The notes under the pieces: model-generated | What the model was told of the DNA's origin: nothing | What the model saw: the letters and a program-made list of their open reading frames with translations, nothing else | Database searches by the model: none | Part shown: one piece after another, positions 40,269 to 49,354 of the stretch | How the letters are laid out: each line of letters opens with the position of its first letter | Numbering within the stretch: position 1 is the stretch's first letter | DNA from: Deltaproteobacteria bacterium | GTDB taxonomy: Bacteria; Myxococcota; Kuafuiibacteriia; Kuafuiibacteriales; Kuafuiibacteriaceae | Assembly (NCBI GenBank): GCA_040218735.1 | Contig: JAVJQW010000008.1 | Coordinates: 384,001-448,000, forward strand | DNA: 64,000 nucleotides | Direction of reading: 5' to 3' | Translations under genes and position numbers: made by a program

Positions 40269-40772
40269 GTGACCATGACCGGCGCCGATCTCATCACGCT
40301 CGCTTGGCTGATCGTCGGTCTGATCCTCATCGGTGGGGAAGTCATCATCCCCGGGCTCGTCGCCGTCTTCCTCGGCGCCGCGGCCGTCCTGGTCGCCGGC
40401 CTGCGCTACGTCGGTCTGATCGACAGCCTGGTCGCCTCGCTCTTCGTGTGGATGGGCGCGTCCGTCGGCCTCACGTTCACGCTGCGGGGCTGGATGAAGA
40501 AGTACCTCCCGGCCGAGTCCAAACGCGGACAAATCAACGAAGGAATCACATCGATCGGTGAAGTCGTCGAAGTCCTCGTCGACGTCACCGAACGGGATGC
40601 GTCCGGGCGCATCCGCTACCAGGGCACCACGTGGCCGGCGACCAGCACCGACCGCGTGATCCCGAAAGGCGCGCGAGCCCGCCTCGTCGCGCGCGACAAC
40701 CTCGCCTGGATCGTCGAGCCCCTCGGTGAGCTCGAAGCAGGCGACGAGGATGGAGAAGAACCATGGGCGTAG
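40269..40772 (+). CDS. NfeD-like membrane protein
   Basis: 'W...GLILI.GE.IIPG' TM segments and an OB-fold 'G.I.Y.GT.W.A' pattern. It precedes SPFH genes. Confidence 0.88.
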   Translation: MTMTGADLITLAWLIVGLILIGGEVIIPGLVAVFLGAAAVLVAGLRYVGLIDSLVASLFVWMGASVGLTFTLRGWMKKYLPAESKRGQINEGITSIGEVVEVLVDVTERDASGRIRYQGTTWPATSTDRVIPKGARARLVARDNLAWIVEPLGELEAGDEDGEEPWA

Positions 40773-41701
40773 GAACCACCGTCGCCACGACATTCGTCGT
40801 GGGACTCATCTTCCTGATCGTGAAGACCTTCCGCATCATTCCGACGCGGCACCACGTGGTGAAGGAGCGGCTCGGCAAGTTCGCCGGGGTGCTCCAGCCC
40901 GGGTTCCACTTCTTCGTCCCGTTCATCGACCGTGCGTCGTACACGCAGGAGATGCGGGAGCAGGCGTTGGACATCCCCCCGCAGAGCTGCATCACGCGCG
41001 ACAACATCCAGGTGGAGGTCGACGGGATCGTCTACCTCAAGGTGATGGACGCGAAGAAGGCGTCGTACGGCATCGCGGACTACCGACAGGCGTCGGTGAA
41101 CCTCGCGCAGACGACGATGCGTTCGGAGATCGGCAAGCTCGATCTCGACGACACGTTCTCCGAGCGCGACCGCATCAACGAGAACATCGTGCGCGAGATC
41201 GACAAGGCGAGCGACCCGTGGGGGATCAAGATGATCCGCTACGAGATTCGCAACATCACGCCGTCGCACCGCGTGATCGACACGATGGAGAAGCAGATGG
41301 AAGCGGAGCGTGCGAAGCGCGCCGCGATCACCGTGTCGACCGGTAAGAAGGAGTCGAACATCCTGGTGTCCGAGGGTGAGCGTCAGGAGGCGATCAACCT
41401 CTCCGAGGGCTCGCGTCAGAAGCGCATCAACGAGGCGCAGGGGCAGGCCGAGGAGATCCGCCTCGTCGCCGAGGCGAAGGCGCGGGGCGTCGACATGGTC
41501 GCCGCCGCGATCCGCAAGCCGGGCGGCGAGCTCGCGGTGAAGACGCAGCTGGTCGAGCAGTACCTCGAGCAGTTCGGTCAGATCCTCTCGAAGGCGAACG
41601 TGTCGGTGGTGCCGTCACACGTCGCGAACATCCGCGGCGTCATGGACGGGATCTCGCACATCGCGGCCGGCGTGAACGGAACGAACGGAAAGGGGCGCTG
41701 A
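40763..41701 (+). CDS. SPFH/stomatin-like (paraslipin/QmcA-type) protein
   Basis: 'ERLGKF..L.PG.HF.VPFIDR', 'ITRDN..V.VDG', 'QTTMRS.IG', 'WG.K..RYEI' and 'QM.AER.KRA'. Confidence 0.92.
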   Translation: MGVGTTVATTFVVGLIFLIVKTFRIIPTRHHVVKERLGKFAGVLQPGFHFFVPFIDRASYTQEMREQALDIPPQSCITRDNIQVEVDGIVYLKVMDAKKASYGIADYRQASVNLAQTTMRSEIGKLDLDDTFSERDRINENIVREIDKASDPWGIKMIRYEIRNITPSHRVIDTMEKQMEAERAKRAAITVSTGKKESNILVSEGERQEAINLSEGSRQKRINEAQGQAEEIRLVAEAKARGVDMVAAAIRKPGGELAVKTQLVEQYLEQFGQILSKANVSVVPSHVANIRGVMDGISHIAAGVNGTNGKGR

Positions 41702-41703
41702 AC

Positions 41704-42684
41704 ATGGAAGCCTTCCACACCCTCTACTCGACCGGGATCTGGACGATCCTCTTCCTCTACACCGCGTTCCGCTTCGTGCGGTGCGTGCGGCTGGTGCCGC
41801 AGCGCAAGGCGTACATCGTCGAGCGCCTCGGCAAGTACCACACCACGCTCGGCCCCGGGTTCCACGTGTTGATCCCGTACTTGGATCGCATCGCGTACAT
41901 CCAGGATCTGCGTGAAGAGGCGATCGAAGTGCCGCCGCAGGAGTGCTTCACCAAGGACAACGTTCGCATCGAGGTGGACGGCATCGTCTACATCAGCGTC
42001 ATCAACCCCGAGAACGCCAGCTACGGCATCACGGACTACCGCTTCGCGGCGATCCAGCTCGCGCAGACGACGACGCGCTCCGTGGTCGGTACACTCGAGC
42101 TCGACCGCACCTTCGAGGAGCGCGACGAGGTCAACTCGCGCGTGGTCGGCGTGCTCGCGGAGGTCGGCAACGCGTGGGGTATCCAGGTCCACCGTTACGA
42201 GGTGAAGAACATCGTCCCGCCGCCCACCGTGCGCGACGCGATGGAGCGCCAGATGGCCGCCGAGCGCGACCGTCGCGCGGTCCTCGCGAAGGCCGAGGGT
42301 GAGATGCGCTCGCGCATCAACGAGTCCGAGGGTCGGATGAAGGAGACGATCAACCGCTCCGAGGGTGAGAAGCAGCGGCGCATCAACGAGGCGCAGGGTC
42401 GCGCCGAGGAGATCCTCGCGGTGGCGAAGGCGACGGCCGAGTCGATCGAGAAGATCGGTGCGGCGCTCTCGCGACCGGGCGGCGTCGAGGCGACGAACCT
42501 CCGGTTGTCGCAGCAGCTGGTCACTCAGCTCGGGAACCTCGCGTCGGGCAAGCACTCGGTGCTGCTGCCGTCGGACCTCGCGAACGTCCAGAACGTGCTC
42601 GACACGGTCTCGCTCGACAACGGACCGACCAACGGCTTGGTGCGGACGGACGACCGTACGCTGCCGTCGACGCCGGCCTCGTAG
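41704..42684 (+). CDS. SPFH/stomatin-like (paraslipin/QmcA-type) protein, second paralog
   Basis: Same SPFH motifs: 'ERLGKY..L.PG', 'TKDNV...VDG' and 'QMAAER'. Confidence 0.92.
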   Translation: MEAFHTLYSTGIWTILFLYTAFRFVRCVRLVPQRKAYIVERLGKYHTTLGPGFHVLIPYLDRIAYIQDLREEAIEVPPQECFTKDNVRIEVDGIVYISVINPENASYGITDYRFAAIQLAQTTTRSVVGTLELDRTFEERDEVNSRVVGVLAEVGNAWGIQVHRYEVKNIVPPPTVRDAMERQMAAERDRRAVLAKAEGEMRSRINESEGRMKETINRSEGEKQRRINEAQGRAEEILAVAKATAESIEKIGAALSRPGGVEATNLRLSQQLVTQLGNLASGKHSVLLPSDLANVQNVLDTVSLDNGPTNGLVRTDDRTLPSTPAS

Positions 42685-42686
42685 TA

Positions 42687-42704
42687 TTTGACAGGTCTAT
42701 CAAA
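42687..42704 (+). promoter_or_regulatory. TetR operator-like palindrome overlapping a TTGACA -35 box
   Basis: TTTGACAGGTCTATCAAA is 14/18 self-complementary and contains TTGACA at 42688. It lies 20 bp upstream of the tetR-family start. Confidence 0.65.
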
Positions 42705-42724
42705 AACGTCCCACGCTCGCGGGC

Positions 42725-43303
42725 GTGGGACGTCCCCGTAAGTTCGACGAAGCCGAAGCCCTCGGCGCCGCGCTCGACGTGTTCTGGACGAGCGGCTTCG
42801 AAGGCGCCTCCACCACCGAGCTCGCGGGGCGGATGGGGATCGGCGCGCAGAGCCTCTACAACACCTTCGGCGACAAACGCGCGCTGTTCGACCGGGCGCT
42901 CGCGCACTACCGCGCGCTCTACGTCGACGCGCTCCTCGCGCCGCTCGAAGCCGCCGACGCCGGGCTCGAAGGCGTCCGTTCGTACTTCGACACCGTCGTC
43001 GAGGCGCTCGCGTCGGATCCGGCGGCGCGCGGCTGTTTCCTCGTGAAGTCGACGGTGGACCTCGGTGCGGTCGACCCCGCGATGGCCGCCCTCGCGCGTG
43101 AGCACTTCGATCGCATGGAGGCGGCGATGACGCGTGCACTCACCCGCGCGAAGAAGGACGGAATGTTGCGCTCGACGGAGCGCCCACGCGCGCTCGCGAA
43201 GCACCTCGTGGTGTGTGCGGCGGGGCTGTCGGTGCTGGCGCGCTCCGGCGCGGATCGAAAGGCGCTCCGGCAGGCGGCGCGGGTCGCGGTGAACGCACTA
43301 TGA
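42725..43303 (+). CDS. TetR/AcrR family regulator (NemR/ComR-like)
   Basis: 'MGRPRKFD...FW..GFE..S..L...MGI...SLYNTFGDK..LF' and 'RGCFL'. Confidence 0.92.
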   Translation: MGRPRKFDEAEALGAALDVFWTSGFEGASTTELAGRMGIGAQSLYNTFGDKRALFDRALAHYRALYVDALLAPLEAADAGLEGVRSYFDTVVEALASDPAARGCFLVKSTVDLGAVDPAMAALAREHFDRMEAAMTRALTRAKKDGMLRSTERPRALAKHLVVCAAGLSVLARSGADRKALRQAARVAVNAL

Positions 43304-44115
43304 AATGGAAGTACGTCGTCGGCGCGGGCGCCGCGCTCTTGGTGGCACCGATGTTCCTCCTGGCGGACCTGACGCCTCCGGAGGTCGAGGACGGGATCAC
43401 TGCCGAGCGGGCGAAACGAGGGAGGGCGTTGCTCGAAGCGCTCGCGGTGCGTCACGGGCGCGACGTGCTCGCCGAACACCAACGTCTCGAGCTGACTCTC
43501 GTCGACACGTGGGGTGGCGTCATGGGGTCGATGTTCAACCCGTTCGCGGAGTCGACGCAGACGATGGACGTCGTGTTGGCCACGCGCGCGTGGACCGCGT
43601 CGTTTCGGCTCACCGACGGGCCGGACGCGGGCACCGAGTGGGGGATGAAGGACCTCGAGATCTATCGGCGTCCGCCGGGGGGCGCGATCGAGTCCCCGCC
43701 CGCCGAGGATCTGGACCCGATGATGAGCGCGAAGTTCCTGGTGCCGACGCTCCGCTACGTCATGGTGTTGCCCGTGGAGATCGGCAACGCCGAGCTCATC
43801 GCCGCGCTCGACCCGGTCACGGAGGAAGGACGCGCCTTCGATCGGGTCTTCGTGACCTGGGGCGCCGTCGAGGCGCACGCGGAGGACGACCAGTACATTC
43901 TGTGGATCGACCGGGCTTCCGGGCGACTCGATCGCGTCGAGTACACCGTGCGCGAGATGATGCGCAGCGCGCAGGGCCTCGCGCGGTATGAGGAATATCA
44001 CGAGACGAACGGCGCCCTCGTGCCCGCGCGTGTCACGTTACAGGCCGTGCTCCCGGGCGGACCGCTGGCTCGTTTGCATGAGTTGGACATGAATTCGCCG
44101 CGGATCGTCCGCTGA
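43300..44115 (+). CDS. hypothetical exported protein (LolA/LolB-like beta-rich fold possible)
   Basis: The ATG at 43300 overlaps the tetR stop. Hydrophobic N-terminus and 'DDQYILWIDR..GRL..VEY'. Confidence 0.7.
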   Translation: MKWKYVVGAGAALLVAPMFLLADLTPPEVEDGITAERAKRGRALLEALAVRHGRDVLAEHQRLELTLVDTWGGVMGSMFNPFAESTQTMDVVLATRAWTASFRLTDGPDAGTEWGMKDLEIYRRPPGGAIESPPAEDLDPMMSAKFLVPTLRYVMVLPVEIGNAELIAALDPVTEEGRAFDRVFVTWGAVEAHAEDDQYILWIDRASGRLDRVEYTVREMMRSAQGLARYEEYHETNGALVPARVTLQAVLPGGPLARLHELDMNSPRIVR

Positions 44116-44163
44116 CCCGAGGTTCAGGCGCCAAGTCTCGCGCAATCGACTAAAAGACTCGGC

Positions 44164-44973
44164 GTGAATACCGAACTCACCCCCGTGCGCTCTGCTGTTC
44201 TTACCGGTCTCATCCTCGCCGCCACCGCCACCACCGTCGTCGCGGGTCCCGGCATTCGACGTCGCTTCGTGCGTCCGACGCAGCCTGCGAAGGCGTTGGC
44301 GAAGTGGCACCACGTCAACGTGCGGAGCGGTGGTGTGAACCGCATCGCTTCGACGCGGCCCGACAACACCGGCGGCGCCGGATCGCTCGAGCAGATCCTC
44401 CCGGCGCACCCGTCGGCGATCGCCGAGTTCGAAGTCCTCGCGCGCGACGTGCACCCGGATCCGACGGAGGGCATCCAACCCTGGACGGGTGGCTTCGGTC
44501 TGCTCTCGCACCTCACCGAGCTGTCGTTCGACTGGTATCGCGACTCGGCGAGCGGCGCGTGGTCGCACATCACGCCGGCGCTGCGCGTGCTCGTCTGGGA
44601 TCCCGACGCGGGCCTCAACGGCGGCACGTACCTGCTGACCTGGGAGGGCGTCTACAACGGCTACTCACAGCCGGGCGTCGGCGTCCCCGTCGACCAATGG
44701 GTGCACGCGGAAATCACGAACGACAACTTCTGGCGCATCCCGATCTACGTGGACGGCGAGTGGGTCGGCCCCGACTTCTGCAGCGCGAACCCGCTCGAGT
44801 GTTACCAGTACGGCAACGAGCTCGGCGACTGGGGCTTCGGCCCGAGCGCGCGCGTCGTCGGCCTGAGCGTCGCGGTCGGCGGCGGCTGGAACGGCGACTA
44901 CCACGGGTTCATCGACAACGTGGCGATCGACTTCGCCGGTCAGCGCAAGCGGCTCTGGAACTTCGAGCCCTGA
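44164..44973 (+). CDS. hypothetical secreted beta-sandwich protein
   Basis: Signal-like N-terminus, Trp/Gly-rich body ('LSFDWYRDS', 'YLLTWE..YNG', 'F.GFIDNV...WNFE') and good codon bias. Confidence 0.75.
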   Translation: MNTELTPVRSAVLTGLILAATATTVVAGPGIRRRFVRPTQPAKALAKWHHVNVRSGGVNRIASTRPDNTGGAGSLEQILPAHPSAIAEFEVLARDVHPDPTEGIQPWTGGFGLLSHLTELSFDWYRDSASGAWSHITPALRVLVWDPDAGLNGGTYLLTWEGVYNGYSQPGVGVPVDQWVHAEITNDNFWRIPIYVDGEWVGPDFCSANPLECYQYGNELGDWGFGPSARVVGLSVAVGGGWNGDYHGFIDNVAIDFAGQRKRLWNFEP

Positions 44974-44977
44974 TCCG

Positions 44978-45787
44978 TCAGCCCGCGTCGGGGAGGGTGA
45001 CGTCGACGAGCCAGTAGTGACTGTCGATCGCCCACCCTTCGACGCCCGGCGCTGACGCGGCCGCGAGCACTTCGACGCTCGCCTCCTTCACGCGTGCCCA
45101 CGCGCCCTCGATGTCCGCGAGTCCGCGCCGCATCGCGCGCCACGCGGGGTGGTTCGTCTCTTGGTCCTCGAACCACGCCGCCGCCGACGGCGCAGTCATC
45201 CGGTGCGTGCGGCGCACGAGCGTGAGGTCGACGCCGGGCCACATCTTCGACAGCCAGTTCCCGTCGCCCCACAGCAGCTCCTCGCTGGGCGGCGCTTCGT
45301 CGGCGGATTCATCGGAGGGCGGACGCACCTCGGACGCGACCCTCATCATCGCTTCGTAGGAGTCGTTGAGGGGGCCCTCGGCCATCCACGTCGTGAAGAC
45401 GATGCGACCGCCCGGGCGCACGACGCGCCGCAGCTCACGGATGCAGTCGCGCGCGTCGGGCGCGAAGATGATCGAGAAGATCGCGATCGCGGCGTCCTGG
45501 CTGTGGTCGCCGAGCGGCAACGCGCCGCCGCTGCCGGCGCGCCAGTCGACGACGAGCCCTTCGTGGGCAGCGCGCTTTGACGCCACGCCCAACAGACGCT
45601 CCGCCGGATCGATCCCGGTGAGCGTCGCCCCGCGCCGCGCGGCGGCGAGCGCGCCGTTACCGGTGCCGCACCCCACGTCGACGATCCGCGTTCCGGTCGT
45701 GGGCGCGAGGTGCGCCACGACCTCGTCGCTCACGGAGAGCAGCGTCGTCGCGGTCCGCTCGTAGTGACCATCACCCCAGTCGAACAT
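44978..45787 (-). CDS. class I SAM-dependent methyltransferase
   Basis: 'VDVGCGTGN', 'LP....DA', 'FAPD...EL.RV.RPGG'. Start at the ATG at 45787. Confidence 0.88.
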   Translation of the reverse strand: MFDWGDGHYERTATTLLSVSDEVVAHLAPTTGTRIVDVGCGTGNGALAAARRGATLTGIDPAERLLGVASKRAAHEGLVVDWRAGSGGALPLGDHSQDAAIAIFSIIFAPDARDCIRELRRVVRPGGRIVFTTWMAEGPLNDSYEAMMRVASEVRPPSDESADEAPPSEELLWGDGNWLSKMWPGVDLTLVRRTHRMTAPSAAAWFEDQETNHPAWRAMRRGLADIEGAWARVKEASVEVLAAASAPGVEGWAIDSHYWLVDVTLPDAG

Positions 45788-45822
45788 CGTGGAACGCGTA
45801 GCGCATCGATCGCGGCCGGTCA

Positions 45823-47322
45823 CTAAGCGCTCTGAACCCAGCGCGCGACCGTTCTTCGATCGATGCCCAGGATGGCGCCGGCCTCTTTGAAGCTACCGGT
45901 GCGTTCGTAGACGAGGTTGACGTAGGCTCGCGTGACCTCATCCAGGGACATCCGGCCCTCGAGGACCTCGGCGCCGAAGCCGGGGGCAGTCGTGCGGCGT
46001 GGTTGGTACTGACGTCGGATCAGGACATTGCGGACGCATTGTTCGAGCTCCCGCACGTTGCCGGGCCACGTGTAGTCCGGCGGGATGTTCGCCGTGATGA
46101 AGCCGAAGACCTCGTCCGCGACGGCGGGCCCTTCGTCCGCTCCGGCGATCCGGATGGCCAAGAAGAGGACGAGGTCTTCGAGCTCGTCGATGTCGTCACG
46201 CAGACGGTCGACCAGCGGTGGTGTCTCCAGGACGTCCGCGCACAGGCGGTAGTACAGATCCTCCCGGAACCGCTCGTCGAGCATTCGGGCCTCGAGGTCC
46301 CGATGCGTTGCGGCGAGGATCTTTCCCGAGAAGGGGCGCGGTGTAGCGTCACCGACGCGCGAGTACGACCGCGTCTGTAACAACCGCAACAGCTTCACCT
46401 GGAGTGAGGGGTCGAGGTCTCCGATCTCGTCGAGGAAGATCGCGCCGGTCTCGGGGACGACGTCCAAGAACCCGGCGCGGTCCGCCGCGGCCCCGGTGAA
46501 GGCACCTCTTGCGTGTCCGAACAGCTCCGACTCCAACAGTGTGGGCGCGAGCGCCGCGACATTGATCGGCACGAAGCGGCCATCGATCGGGCCTGGGAAC
46601 GACTTCGTCTTCGGGTCGAATGCGAGATACCCAGACAGTGCGATCGCGCGGGCCACCAACTCCTTGCCCGTGCCGGACGGCCCAAGGACGAGCGTGGGGG
46701 TGTCGCTCATCCTGGCGTACATCGAACGGTGATGGCGTCGGAGATCGTGCGTGAAGATCGAGCGCCAGATATCGGAGCGCAGGCGCGCCGTGGGCCGTGA
46801 GCTGCCGATGACGTGGGTGAACACATGGTGGAACGCGCGACGGATCTGGAACAGCGTCGAGTACAGGTGGGGGAGCTCGTCGGGGGTGACGAGGTTGGTC
46901 TGCACGAGCAGAGCGACCGCGTCGCGTTCGAAGTTGTCGTACCCGCCCGCGCGGAGCCTCGATGTGGCGTGCTCCGACGCCATCGTCAGCTCGGTGAGCG
47001 CGACTTCGTTGCGCGAGTAGAGCGCGTACCGCGCCACGTCGAGATAGAGAGCTCGGTCTTCGTCGGAGGGGGGACGCGCAGGGTCGTAGCGCGCGCGGAG
47101 GGTCTGCGTCGTGCTCCAGACGACATCGTCGACACGGAAGGCGTTCTCGCTCGGCGCACCCCCGAGGGCTGATCGGTAGCGCCACAGGCCGGCCCCCTGG
47201 ACGAAGTCGGCTCCGAGCAGCCTTCGCTCGAGCGCCACCCGCTCTTCGAGGAACGGGTTCGCGGTGGCGAGCCCGGCGATCAGTCGCGCGCGCTCCCGCG
47301 CGTCTTCCGACGGAAACAGCAT
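45823..47322 (-). CDS. sigma54-dependent enhancer-binding protein without receiver domain
   Basis: GPSGTGKE, ESELFGH..GAFTGA, FLDEIGD, FREDLYYRL, WPGNVREL and a C-terminal HTH. The N-terminal domain ('NPF..ER..LER..LG') is uncharacterised. Confidence 0.92.
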   Translation of the reverse strand: MLFPSEDARERARLIAGLATANPFLEERVALERRLLGADFVQGAGLWRYRSALGGAPSENAFRVDDVVWSTTQTLRARYDPARPPSDEDRALYLDVARYALYSRNEVALTELTMASEHATSRLRAGGYDNFERDAVALLVQTNLVTPDELPHLYSTLFQIRRAFHHVFTHVIGSSRPTARLRSDIWRSIFTHDLRRHHRSMYARMSDTPTLVLGPSGTGKELVARAIALSGYLAFDPKTKSFPGPIDGRFVPINVAALAPTLLESELFGHARGAFTGAAADRAGFLDVVPETGAIFLDEIGDLDPSLQVKLLRLLQTRSYSRVGDATPRPFSGKILAATHRDLEARMLDERFREDLYYRLCADVLETPPLVDRLRDDIDELEDLVLFLAIRIAGADEGPAVADEVFGFITANIPPDYTWPGNVRELEQCVRNVLIRRQYQPRRTTAPGFGAEVLEGRMSLDEVTRAYVNLVYERTGSFKEAGAILGIDRRTVARWVQSA

Positions 47323-47325
47323 CGA

Positions 47326-47362
47326 GTACAATCAGTGTACTCAATGTGTACATCCTGTGCTC
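47326..47362. promoter_or_regulatory. candidate enhancer/UAS: GTAC repeats at 11-bp spacing
   Basis: GTAC occurs at 47326, 47337 and 47348, forming overlapping GTACA-N5-TGTAC-like inverted repeats in an AT-rich patch. Confidence 0.55.
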
Positions 47363-47402
47363 GAGCCCGCACGACGCCCTGATTTCCGGCACCTAGGGGG
47401 CA

Positions 47403-47418
47403 TGGCACGACCGGTGCT
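47403..47418 (+). promoter_or_regulatory. sigma54 (-24/-12) promoter
   Basis: TGGCACG-ACCG-GTGCT has GG at 47404-5, N10, and GC at 47416-7. It is divergent from a sigma54 activator gene. Confidence 0.8.
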
Positions 47419-47430
47419 CTAGGCCTGAGC

Positions 47431-48066
47431 ATGGAAACGAACCACGCGCACAACCACCATTCACATCGCCGCGACTGCGGAGTTGCGGCGCAAGACCTCA
47501 TCGACAAGTCCGGCTACGCGGCGGCTGCGCTGACGCTGATACCGCTGCCCGGCAGCGAGATCGTCGCAGTCATGCCCATCCACGTGGGGATGGTCGTCGG
47601 TGTCGGCGCGATCTACGGGCAGAGCGTCACCAAGAAGGCGGCCACGGACATGGTCGTGCAGATCTGCACCACCGTTGGCATGTCGCTGGTGGGCAGCCGG
47701 ATCGCGACCACCGCCGCCAAGGTGCTCCTCCCCGGGCTCGGCGGCTTCGTCGCGGCGCCGTTCATGTTCGCGTCGACGCTCGCGATCGGTGCAGTCGCTC
47801 GCGCCTACTTCGAGTCTGGCTGCTCGATGTCCGACGCTGAGATGCGATCGGTCTACGAACGCGCCCAGCGCAGCGCGCGGTCTTCGTTCGACGCGTCACG
47901 CATGCGCTCCGAGGAGGCGAGGGACGCGGCCGAGGCCGCCGCAACGCAGGACGTGGCCGAGGATCCCAGCGAACGACTCGAGAAGCTCCGCCGCCTCCTC
48001 GACGACGGTCTGATCGACCAGAGTGAGTACGACGAGACCAAGGCTCGAGTCCTCTCGGAGCTGTAG
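47431..48066 (+). CDS. DUF697/YcjF-like membrane-associated protein with C-terminal SHOCT domain
   Basis: 'IPLPG.E..AVMPIHVGMV..G.IYG', 'K..LPG.G', 'T.AIG..A..YF', and SHOCT 'RLEKL..L.D.GLI...EY...K..L'. Confidence 0.85.
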   Translation: METNHAHNHHSHRRDCGVAAQDLIDKSGYAAAALTLIPLPGSEIVAVMPIHVGMVVGVGAIYGQSVTKKAATDMVVQICTTVGMSLVGSRIATTAAKVLLPGLGGFVAAPFMFASTLAIGAVARAYFESGCSMSDAEMRSVYERAQRSARSSFDASRMRSEEARDAAEAAATQDVAEDPSERLEKLRRLLDDGLIDQSEYDETKARVLSEL

Positions 48067-48075
48067 AGGAGATCG

Positions 48076-48462
48076 ATGATGAAACAGCGGCCCCTCGGTC
48101 TTCTCGTCATCTGCGCCATGGGCGTGGTCGGCGTGATCGCGCAGATCATCCTCGGCGCGATCTGCATGTTCGGAATACTGCTCCACGCCCACTCGGTCAC
48201 CTATCTCCGCGAAGGCGACTCGGCGATCGTCCTTATCGCGGTGATTGCCGGGCTCAACTGCTGGGCCGCCGCACTCGTCGGGGCCAAGCTCGTACACGGC
48301 TTGTATCACCTGCGGCGGTGGGCGCGTACGGCGGTGATGGTGCTCTCGCTCGTCCTACTGGCAAGCGTGCCGTTCCTGTTCAACTACGTGACGCTGCTCG
48401 TTGGGGGCTTCACGTTGGCCTATCTCGCGTTGGCCCCGACGGTTCGAACGTCGTTCCGATGA
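48076..48462 (+). CDS. small integral membrane protein (about 4 TM)
   Basis: SD AGGAG. Pattern 'RPLG..VI', 'GL..LRRWAR' and 'YL..P.VR..F'. Confidence 0.75.
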   Translation: MMKQRPLGLLVICAMGVVGVIAQIILGAICMFGILLHAHSVTYLREGDSAIVLIAVIAGLNCWAAALVGAKLVHGLYHLRRWARTAVMVLSLVLLASVPFLFNYVTLLVGGFTLAYLALAPTVRTSFR

Positions 48463-48701
48463 AGGCAGGGTTCGTCACGTCGATGCGTCCGCGAGCGACA
48501 GCTCGAAGTTCAACACGCCGGCCGCGTGCGCCGCCGCGCTCACCGCGAAGGCGACCGCCTGCTTAGGGCGCTGCAGCTGACGCGCTCACGCTACGTTGGC
48601 GGAGCCTGCGGTGTCGATACATGTGTATCGGCACATCTAATGTGTCGATTGCCGATGCATCCGGATTCGTGGGCCGGGCGACGTGCCTCGACCCGTCCTC
48701 C

Positions 48702-49151
48702 TCAGTCGCAGTTGGTGCTGCTCGCGATCGTCGCCATCGAGAAGTCTGCGCCGGTCGCGCCGGTGCAGTTCGAGCTGGCGATGTCGGCGTTCGTGAAGTC
48801 CGCCCCCTCGAGCTTGGCGTTCGAGAAGTTGGCGCTCGCGATGTCGGCGTTCGTGAAGTTGGCGTTGGTCAGGTCCGCGTTGCTGAAGTTCGAGGACGCG
48901 ATGTCCGCGCGGTTCAGGTCGGCGCCCGCGAGGTTGGCGTTGGCGAAGTTCACGCTGGAGAGGTTGGAGCCCGAGAGGTCGACGCCGGAGAGGTCGGCGT
49001 TCGAGAGGTTGGAGCTCTGGAGGTTTTCACCCGCGAGGTTGCAGCCGGTGAGATCCATTCCATCGTAGTTGCCGGCGACGTCGTTGCTCGGGCAGTCGCC
49101 GCCGCACGCGATGGCGGAGAGGAGAACCATGGACAGGAGGATGTGCTTCAT
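48702..49151 (-). CDS. pentapeptide-repeat lipoprotein
   Basis: LLSAIA-C lipobox followed by about 20 A(D/N)(L/F)xx pentapeptides. Confidence 0.9.
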   Translation of the reverse strand: MKHILLSMVLLSAIACGGDCPSNDVAGNYDGMDLTGCNLAGENLQSSNLSNADLSGVDLSGSNLSSVNFANANLAGADLNRADIASSNFSNADLTNANFTNADIASANFSNAKLEGADFTNADIASSNCTGATGADFSMATIASSTNCD

Positions 49152-49354
49152 CGCGCGGAGGGTAATGCATCTCGGGGGCCAGCGCGCGTCGCCGGCCGCC
49201 GTGCCTCTCGAGTGCCAAGCCGGGTGAGCACGCGCCGTGGACAGGATGATCGCGCGTGCGCCGAATCACGAATCGGCGCCTGGGTTTGGGGGTGCGCGGT
49301 CGACTTCACACTTCCTCGCCCAGGACGCTGGACGGATCGGCGTGCGTCGGCGGT

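Noticed and set aside
49202-49218. sigma54-like TTGGCAC-N-GGCA (GG-N10-GC) upstream of the pentapeptide gene on the minus strand
   Set aside because: The -12 element is weak, and a TACCCT -10 box 7 nt before the ATG explains expression equally well. Not enough support to call.
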